NCBI GenBank assembly: GCA_963676835.2
Contig: CAXXFF010000002.1
Location: 1,312,001-1,376,000 of the forward strand
Origin: Marispirochaeta sp.
Lineage (GTDB): Bacteria; Spirochaetota; Spirochaetia; JC444; Marispirochaetaceae
DNA: 64,000 nt
Direction of reading: 5' to 3'
In this document: positions 57,341 to 64,000 of the stretch, piece by piece
Layout of the letters: each line of letters starts with the position of its first letter
Numbering within the stretch: position 1 is the stretch's first letter
Notes under the pieces: generated by a model
What the model was told of the DNA's origin: nothing
Database searches by the model: none
What the model saw: the letters and a program-made list of their open reading frames with translations, nothing else
Made by a program: the position numbers and the translations under genes

Positions 57341-59563
57341 TTAGGCTTTCTCCTTCTTTTTCCGTATTACCGGTTCTCCTGCATAGAGATGATATTTCTG
57401 TACAAGCTTTAAAGAGCGCCACTGTCGGTCAACAAAAGGGAGTACATAATGGTCCAGGCCGAAGGCTCGTCCGGCACCTCCCAGCATTACAACTGCGGCA
57501 AAAATAAACCAGAGCTGGCTCCAGCTGAACATCCCCGAAAAGATGAAAACAAAGCACATGATAATGGAGACACCTGCAGCGGGAAAGGTGAAGAGTCCGC
57601 CGATAAGGGCAAGGCCTATAAGCACTTCTGTTGCCACAACCATGGACTGAAAAAGCTGAAAGGGGATATGGGATGCAACTGCATCCATAAAGGTCTGCCT
57701 GAACCAGGTTACAAAGCCGGAATCGTAGGGGATGATTGTTTTGGCAGTATCCCAGACCAGCCCGAATGCATCCCCGGCAGCATCCGCCGCGGCGTGAACC
57801 GCTCCTTCTGCCGCATCCGAAGCGGCACTGACCGTATCCGCTACGGCATGCACTGTCTCTTCCGCCATATCGGTGGCTGCACTCACCGTGTCGGCTACTG
57901 CTTCGACCACCGGCTCCGCCATATCGCTTGCCGCACTTACCGTGTCTGCTGCAGCCTCTGCAACAGGCTCAGCCATATCACTGGCTGCGCTGACAGCTTC
58001 GGCGGCAGCCTCAGCCGCGGGTGCTGCCATCTCAGAGGCTGCACTGCCCGCATCGGCTGCGACTGCAACACCGGCCTGTACAACTCCGTGGCTGAACATC
58101 CAGGCTGATTTTGTCCCTGAGGCGAAGGATAACCAGCCTTCGCCGATTTTATTGACCCCTTCGGTGAGCCACATCAGGCCCAGCCAGAGGCGGAGGGGTA
58201 CTGCCCAGAATCCCTGGGGCCTGTAGGAGAGGTGATTGTGCAGGAAGGTTCTGCCGTCTTCCATGTGCAGGAATTCGTGCTTGATATAACCCCAGCAGGC
58301 GTTTATTCCGGCAATGCCGAAGAGGTAGTGAAGGTTTACCAGATGCTTGGTGGCCATTGCCATCATACCGCTGGTTTTTAATCCCATGGCATTTGACACG
58401 CAGTACCTGCTGCCGATTGATACCATGAATCCGTGGTAGTTGGATTTGAAGGGCTTTTTCTTTCCGCCCTTAATGGCTGCGGCTATATTCTCTGCCGCTG
58501 TCTCTCCTGTCTGCATGGCAGTTTCTACAATCTGGGGGAGAACCTTTCCCTCTTCAACAAACCACATATTGTCGCCTACGGCAAATATGGCCGGATCATC
58601 AGCGGTCTGCATGAATTCGTCCACAAGAATACGACCGCGTTTGCCAACGATATAGGTTTCTTCCTCTTCAAAGCGGCATCCGCACATACCGTGGATTCCC
58701 TCAGAGCTTGCGAAAGAGCATTCGCCTCTGGCGGTGTGTCCTTTTTCCAGGGCTGTACGGCTGGTGAACTCGGAACCATGAATTCCGCAAGTCCATACAA
58801 AGGTTTCTGTGGGGAGGGATCCTCCATCCTTAAAAATCACCAGGTTCTCTTCTGCGGCAACAATAGGTGAGTTCAGGCGTATCTCAACGCCTTTTTTCTT
58901 CAGGTATTTTTCAGTCTTCTTTCTGAGGGGTTCTTCAATTATGGGCAGTATTCTGTCCATGGCTTCGGCGATAACAATTTTCACATCTGCGGGATCAATA
59001 TTGTACCGGCGGCACAGCACATCCCTGCGTTCCATAAATTCACCGGCAAGCTCAATTCCGGTAAATCCGGCGCCGGCAACCACAAAGGTCAGCATCTGCT
59101 GCCGGGTTTCCGGATTCGGTTCTTTGGCGGCCAGCCGGTACCGTTCTTCGCAATGCTGCCGTATGCGGATCGCGTCTTCCAGAGACCAGAGGCTGAAGGA
59201 GTTTTCCTGAATTCCCTGAATGTCAAAGAACTCCGGAGCGCCACCGGTTGCAAGAACCAGATAGTCATAGGAGTAGGTTGCCTTTTCGGAGATCAGCTCT
59301 TTTTTTTGGGTATCCAGTCCCTTGATAACATCGGTTACCATGTTAACCCGGGATCCTGAGAAGATTCTGTCATAGGAGATCATAACTGAATCCGGATCTA
59401 CTCTGGATCCGGCAACCTCATGCAGTTCTGTCATCAGGGTGTGGTAGGTGTTTTTGTCTATAATGGTGATTTCAACCTCGGGGTTTTTCTTGAAAATTTT
59501 CCCGAGTTTCATTGCGGCGGTTATTCCGCCGTATCCGCCGCCCAGAATAACAATTCGTTTCAT
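57341..59563 (-). CDS. ndh: Type II NADH:quinone oxidoreductase fused to a C-terminal DoxX-like membrane domain
   Basis: GGGYGG, GAGFTGIELAGE, WTCG, AVGD; C-terminal LRLWLGLMWLTEGVNKI…EVLIGLALIGGLFT…GAGRAFGLD; AAGGAG RBS. Confidence 0.9.
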   Translation of the reverse strand: MKRIVILGGGYGGITAAMKLGKIFKKNPEVEITIIDKNTYHTLMTELHEVAGSRVDPDSVMISYDRIFSGSRVNMVTDVIKGLDTQKKELISEKATYSYDYLVLATGGAPEFFDIQGIQENSFSLWSLEDAIRIRQHCEERYRLAAKEPNPETRQQMLTFVVAGAGFTGIELAGEFMERRDVLCRRYNIDPADVKIVIAEAMDRILPIIEEPLRKKTEKYLKKKGVEIRLNSPIVAAEENLVIFKDGGSLPTETFVWTCGIHGSEFTSRTALEKGHTARGECSFASSEGIHGMCGCRFEEEETYIVGKRGRILVDEFMQTADDPAIFAVGDNMWFVEEGKVLPQIVETAMQTGETAAENIAAAIKGGKKKPFKSNYHGFMVSIGSRYCVSNAMGLKTSGMMAMATKHLVNLHYLFGIAGINACWGYIKHEFLHMEDGRTFLHNHLSYRPQGFWAVPLRLWLGLMWLTEGVNKIGEGWLSFASGTKSAWMFSHGVVQAGVAVAADAGSAASEMAAPAAEAAAEAVSAASDMAEPVAEAAADTVSAASDMAEPVVEAVADTVSAATDMAEETVHAVADTVSAASDAAEGAVHAAADAAGDAFGLVWDTAKTIIPYDSGFVTWFRQTFMDAVASHIPFQLFQSMVVATEVLIGLALIGGLFTFPAAGVSIIMCFVFIFSGMFSWSQLWFIFAAVVMLGGAGRAFGLDHYVLPFVDRQWRSLKLVQKYHLYAGEPVIRKKKEKA
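57788..58057 (-). repeat. Five in-frame 54-bp (18-aa) tandem repeats inside ndh
   Basis: ADAGSAASEMAAPAAEAA / AEAVSAASDMAEPVAEAA / ADTVSAASDMAEPVVEAV / ADTVSAATDMAEETVHAV / ADTVSAASDAAEGAVHAA. Confidence 0.95.
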
Positions 59564-59648
59564 ATGCAACAGCTCCTTCGAGTAATTGTAGTCAAAGAAA
59601 TAGCTATACTGTGTTTACATGAAACGTTATTCGGTATTTATTTACTCA

Positions 59649-59677
59649 ATTATAGAAGAAAGAGGTCCGTGAGTCAA
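59649..59677 (-). promoter_or_regulatory. Sigma-70 promoter of the ndh-prenyl synthase operon
   Basis: TTGACT-17-TATAAT on the minus strand. Confidence 0.8.
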
Positions 59678-59714
59678 TGTAATTGAGAAAAACAGTCAGG
59701 TTATATCGGTGTTT

Positions 59715-61616
59715 TCAGCTGAAAATTTCCTGTATCAGGTCATTGTACCGTTCTGCGATCACATGGCGTTTGATCTCCTGCTTCTGAGACAATTCATCGC
59801 CTACCTCAAAGGGCTTGCTTATCAGTCTGAAGCGGTTGATTCGTTCAAATGCCTTGAAACCGTTCTTTCCGCACACCAGGTTCCGTATTTCAGAATCAAT
59901 CAACTCTGTTATTTCGGGAGCAGCAAACAGATCTTCCTGGTTCATGACGGTAAGATTTATCTCTTCAGCATACGATTGCAGGGAATCAAGTTCCGGAACA
60001 ACCAGGGCTGCAAGAAAGCGCTGGTCCTGGCCGAGCAGCATGGTCTGGGAGATGTAGGGAGATTCCTGCATTTTCTGCTCAATCGGCAGGGGTTCCACGT
60101 TTTCACCTCCCCGGAGCACGATGGTATCCTTTACCCGGCCTACAATGGCAAGTTCATTATTGCGGGTAAGCATCCCGAGGTCGCCGGTATTCAGCCAGCC
60201 GTCTGTAGAGAGGATAGAAAGGGTAAGCTCTTCCTGCTTGTAGTAGCCCCGCATTACCTGGGGGCCTTTTGCAAAAACAATACCTTTGCTCCCTGGAGGC
60301 AGGACATTGCCTTCTTCGTCGCGAATTTCGATAAGAGTTCCCGGAAAAACCGGACCAATAGTGCCGGGAACCGGATGCCACTGGGAACGTACTCCCAGTA
60401 CCGGGGCGGTTTCGGTGAGACCGTATCCTTCAAGAAGCAGGACCCCGGCGGCGGAAAAGAATTTATCCACCGACTTGGGCAGGGCTCCTCCTCCGGAGAT
60501 TCCCGCTACAAAGCGTCCCCCAAGCTTGGCTTTAATTTTTGAGAATACCAGCAGGTCTCCCAGAGCTTTTACCGGGTAAAGCAGTGCAAAGGGGACAATG
60601 GCGGTGAGAATATCCAGAACACGTATGCGGCGGTGAAATGCGGGGAGCCTGCCGTAGAGACGGTCTCTGAAGCCTGTCCAGGTACCGGCGGCGGAGACAA
60701 AGAAATAGAAGAGCAGTTTCTTGATGCCCCCTTCGCTGTTGATGTTCCGGTAAATTCCTGCCTGAACAGCTTCCCATATTCTGGGTACCGAAGCCATCCA
60801 TGTCGGTTTTATTGCCTGCATATCGCCAAGCATAATCTTTCCAACAGGCTTGGAGTAGGCAAGAGCAGATCCCCATCCGGTGGCCACGTACTGCATGATA
60901 CGCTCGAATGAGTGCCAAACGGGAAGAACACAAAGCCAGATATCCTCAAGGCCTGTGTGGAGGAGCTGGGGAACATTTTCTACCTGATGAAGGAAATTGC
61001 CGTGGGTAAGAACTACCCCCTTGGGTACTCCGGTTGTTCCGGATGTGAAAATAAGGGTGGCTACATCATCACGCTGTCCGGCTTCTATGGAACTCTCTAC
61101 CGGGGCCGGATCTTTTTCGAAAAGCTTCCGCCCTTTTTCCATAATTTCCGCAAAGGTGTGCAGCTTTGCTCCCATCCATGCGGAGGCCTTTTCGCCGGAA
61201 TCGAAGATGATAATATGTTTAACCTGGCTGAGATCTTTTTTGTGGGCAGTCAGTTTTGCAAGCTGTGCCTCGTTTTCGACTATTACCACCCGGCAGTCAG
61301 AAAAGGAGAGAATGTAGCTGATCTCTTCTGCGGTAGAATCACAGCCCCGGGGTACATCTGCTGCACGCAGAGCGTGAACAGCTATATCGCTTATAAGCCA
61401 CTCCTTGCGGTTTTCACTGATCAGGCCGACATGGTCTCCTTCCTTTACTCCCAGATCCTGTAGACCTGCTGCCATTGCTTTGAATTCTGCGGCAAACTCC
61501 CTGAATCGGGTCGGGTGAAACACCCCTTCGGCATCCTTGCTGTACTGAACAGGAGCATCGGGATGTTCGGATGCGAAATGCAGAATCCGTTTTGGCAGGG
61601 TAGCAGGTGTTTCCAT
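59715..61616 (-). CDS. fadD: Long-chain fatty-acid-CoA ligase
   Basis: FTSGTTGVPKG, EGYGLTET, NTGDLG, GRVKD, GENVEP. Confidence 0.9.
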   Translation of the reverse strand: METPATLPKRILHFASEHPDAPVQYSKDAEGVFHPTRFREFAAEFKAMAAGLQDLGVKEGDHVGLISENRKEWLISDIAVHALRAADVPRGCDSTAEEISYILSFSDCRVVIVENEAQLAKLTAHKKDLSQVKHIIIFDSGEKASAWMGAKLHTFAEIMEKGRKLFEKDPAPVESSIEAGQRDDVATLIFTSGTTGVPKGVVLTHGNFLHQVENVPQLLHTGLEDIWLCVLPVWHSFERIMQYVATGWGSALAYSKPVGKIMLGDMQAIKPTWMASVPRIWEAVQAGIYRNINSEGGIKKLLFYFFVSAAGTWTGFRDRLYGRLPAFHRRIRVLDILTAIVPFALLYPVKALGDLLVFSKIKAKLGGRFVAGISGGGALPKSVDKFFSAAGVLLLEGYGLTETAPVLGVRSQWHPVPGTIGPVFPGTLIEIRDEEGNVLPPGSKGIVFAKGPQVMRGYYKQEELTLSILSTDGWLNTGDLGMLTRNNELAIVGRVKDTIVLRGGENVEPLPIEQKMQESPYISQTMLLGQDQRFLAALVVPELDSLQSYAEEINLTVMNQEDLFAAPEITELIDSEIRNLVCGKNGFKAFERINRFRLISKPFEVGDELSQKQEIKRHVIAERYNDLIQEIFS

Positions 61617-61704
61617 GGGAACCTCCGGGGGTGTTTTTCAGACTAATGATTATGCTATCACGGCTTATTCTGTTTGGAAAGCTTTGATTCTATTAATGGT
61701 AGAC

Positions 61705-62274
61705 TTAAAGTTGGCTGAAGTATTTTAGAAAAACACTGGATATCATTCTGTGAAGATCTTGAGCCGCAGCTTCAGCTTCACGGACAACAATCTGCTGTTG
61801 CTCTGATAATTGGCCGGTCGTGTTCAGTATATTTAGGGCGCTGAAAATAATCTGTAAGGGATTGTTGGTAAAATGACTGATTTCATGCAGCGAATCACCT
61901 TTTTTTTGAGGATTGATACTCTCCATGTTGGAACATAAAAACAGAAGAGAATTTTCGATTGTAAATACACCTCTAAAACTATTTAAACTGTCTATGCATG
62001 GTAGTGCGCGAATATTGTTATTGAAGAGTGTTTCTATACCATCTAACAAGTCGGTATCTGTTCTGATAAACTTCCTTTCTTTAACACAATCACCAGATAA
62101 TACACGTTTTCTTAAAGCAATATCCTTATGGGTAAGTAATCCGAAGTATTTTGAATCTTTTAAGACAACGACAAACGAATTCGCTTCGAGGATTTTCTGT
62201 GCTTTTTTAACAGAGTCAAGATAAAGTACAGTGGGGTAATTGGTGATTACTACATCACTGACCTTTGCGTCCAT
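61705..62274 (-). CDS. CBS-pair protein with a C-terminal HisKA-like helical hairpin
   Basis: YFGLLTHKDI and RALPCID..FRGVFT CBS motifs; EISHFTNNPLQII; AT-rich. Confidence 0.65.
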   Translation of the reverse strand: MDAKVSDVVITNYPTVLYLDSVKKAQKILEANSFVVVLKDSKYFGLLTHKDIALRKRVLSGDCVKERKFIRTDTDLLDGIETLFNNNIRALPCIDSLNSFRGVFTIENSLLFLCSNMESINPQKKGDSLHEISHFTNNPLQIIFSALNILNTTGQLSEQQQIVVREAEAAAQDLHRMISSVFLKYFSQL

Positions 62275-62613
62275 CTATAGTTCAATACCGACAAAAGATT
62301 TCTTTACCGATAAATCAACATTAATTGCTTCAATTTCATCAATATAAGGAAATACGTATTTCCCTAAAACCTCTGTAAGTTTATCTATATCTATGCGTTT
62401 CAGAATTCTGTTGGACACGAATATTATTCCGATATTAGGAAACTCTTCCATGTTTATATCAAAAGAGGAGAACTGACCGGGGGCAAGAATTTTTAAGGAT
62501 TCAAAGATACCAAGTTTTCCATGCTGATAATGGCTGCCTAAAACAAGAATATCAGTAACAGGAGGTAACTTTATTGCTTCGAAACTTAATCTAACTTCAT
62601 GTTTTTCCTGCAT
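62275..62613 (-). CDS. Hypothetical protein (AT-rich)
   Basis: AAGGAG RBS; stop codon abuts the CBS gene start. Confidence 0.7.
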   Translation of the reverse strand: MQEKHEVRLSFEAIKLPPVTDILVLGSHYQHGKLGIFESLKILAPGQFSSFDINMEEFPNIGIIFVSNRILKRIDIDKLTEVLGKYVFPYIDEIEAINVDLSVKKSFVGIEL

Positions 62614-62693
62614 GGAAAAGCTCCTTTTTTAATGTGCATATATGATATTATAAATGCTTATTACGGATAAAACAATAAACTGGTTTTCGTCAC

Positions 62694-62722
62694 AAAAAAA
62701 GAGCCGCTTCGATGAAGCGGCT
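62694..62722 (-). terminator. Intrinsic terminator after the amino-acid ABC ATPase
   Basis: agccgcttc/gaagcggct stem followed by T7 on the minus strand. Confidence 0.8.
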
Positions 62723-62735
62723 ATACATACGGGGA

Positions 62736-63467
62736 TTACAGAATGTGTTCCAGGAAGCGTTTGGTCCGTTCCTCTTTGGGGTTGGAGAAAAGTTCTTCCG
62801 GTGGAGAAATTTCCACGATCTGGCCGCCGTCCATAAACACAACCTTGTCTGCTGCGGCTTTGGCGAATCCCATTTCGTGGGAAACCACCAGCATGGTCAT
62901 GCCCTCTTTGGCCAGATCCTGCATTACATCCAGTACTTCCTTGATCATTTCTGGATCCAGTGCAGAAGTGGGTTCGTCAAAGAGCATTACCTTGGGTTCC
63001 ATAGCCAGGGCCCGGGCAATGGCTACCCGCTGCTGCTGACCACCGGAAAGCTGCTCCGGCCAGGCCTCTTCCTTGTCGGAAAGACCAACCTTCTCGAGAA
63101 GCTGGCGGGCTTTTATTTCAGCATCCTGCCGGGATATTCCCTTCACGGTACGGGGGCCCATGGTAATATTGTCCAGTACCCGCAGATGGGGAAAGAGGTT
63201 GAAGCTCTGGAAGACCATACCTACCTCTTCCCGGATTTTACGGATATCTGCTTTATGTCCGGTAACCTTGTCATCGTCAATCCAGATATCACCTTCTGTA
63301 AGATGCTCAAGGCGGTTTACCGAGCGAAGAAGGGTGCTTTTTCCGGAACCCGAGGGGCCGATAATCAGGACTACCTCTCCCGGCTGGACATCAAGACTTG
63401 CTCCCCGAAGGGCCTGTACGGTGTTGAAGGTCTTTACTGCGTTTTCTATGCGTATTCTTGGTTTCAT
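62736..63467 (-). CDS. glnQ: Polar amino-acid ABC transporter ATP-binding protein
   Basis: [35 protein letters not shown]. Confidence 0.93.
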   Translation of the reverse strand: MKPRIRIENAVKTFNTVQALRGASLDVQPGEVVLIIGPSGSGKSTLLRSVNRLEHLTEGDIWIDDDKVTGHKADIRKIREEVGMVFQSFNLFPHLRVLDNITMGPRTVKGISRQDAEIKARQLLEKVGLSDKEEAWPEQLSGGQQQRVAIARALAMEPKVMLFDEPTSALDPEMIKEVLDVMQDLAKEGMTMLVVSHEMGFAKAAADKVVFMDGGQIVEISPPEELFSNPKEERTKRFLEHIL

Positions 63468-64000
63468 TTTGTCTTCATCCTGTCTTCCATTACGGCCACA
63501 AGCTTGGAGAGGGCCAGGGTAAATACAAGATAAACCAGAGCCACGATGGCATAGGTTTCCAGGGAAAGAAAGGTTCTTGCCACATATTCTCTTCCCCGGC
63601 GGAGAATATCTCTCAGGGCAATTACCGATACCAGGGAGGAATCCTTTAACATGGCGATGAATTCATTTCCGATGGCCGGGAGGATGACCTTAATTGTCTG
63701 GGGCAGGATTACCAGCCTCAGAGCCTGTCCCCGGGAAAGACCCAGCGCAAGGGCTGCTTCCATCTGTCCTTTTGGAATGGACTGAATTCCCGCGCGGAAA
63801 ATCTCACCCATATAGGCTCCATAGCAGATGGAAAGAGCAATAACTGCCGCAATTTCGCCTTCAAGGTGAAACCAGCGTCCCAGGGCGAAGTAGATAAAAA
63901 TCAGCTGTACCAGCAGGGGTATCCCGCGGATAAGCTCAATATAGATACCCGCAACAAGGTTGAAAAACCGCATTCGGGAAATCTGTCCGAGACCGGTAAA
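63464..64000 (-). CDS. Polar amino-acid ABC transporter permease, 5'-truncated by the window edge
   Basis: [39 protein letters not shown]. Confidence 0.92.
   Translation of the reverse strand, partial: FTGLGQISRMRFFNLVAGIYIELIRGIPLLVQLIFIYFALGRWFHLEGEIAAVIALSICYGAYMGEIFRAGIQSIPKGQMEAALALGLSRGQALRLVILPQTIKVILPAIGNEFIAMLKDSSLVSVIALRDILRRGREYVARTFLSLETYAIVALVYLVFTLALSKLVAVMEDRMKTK

Overview
Gene-dense bacterial chromosomal segment, most likely from an anaerobic, free-living spirochaete. This is an inference from the TPAT-type TRAP system, the 'FANGQGE'-type solute-binding-protein signal and the cluster III/group II nif genes. The centre is a complete Mo-nitrogenase cluster (nifV-nifA, nifH-I1-I2-D-K-E-N-B, 2Fe-2S ferredoxin, GNAT) with two clear sigma-54 promoters and TAC-N6-GTA (AnfA-type) activator boxes. 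Around it are nucleoside and amino-acid ABC transporters, argF, an anti-sigma kinase plus atypical [FeFe]-hydrogenase-like pair, sppA, orphan histidine kinases, a MoxR-DUF58-transglutaminase-PQQ-repeat operon, two TRAP systems, hrpA, a prenyl synthase and fadD. The most unusual signals are: (1) a 1.7-kb tandem two-unit element at 7.9-9.6 kb, built from BoxC/REP-like inverted repeats and a DUF559 nuclease, bounded by three copies of the host gene's 3' end, in which one unit has the nuclease replaced by a lipoprotein gene with a Fur-like box; (2) an Ndh2-DoxX fusion whose predicted periplasmic loop carries five 18-aa repeats, each with a flavinylation-like DxxSAA[S/T] motif, next to a prenyl synthase (Listeria EET-like module); (3) a leader-peptide/double-terminator 5' region ahead of a small protein at about 56 kb. 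No rRNA, tRNA, CRISPR array, integrase or IS transposase was recognised. All calls are by eye; no database searches were run.
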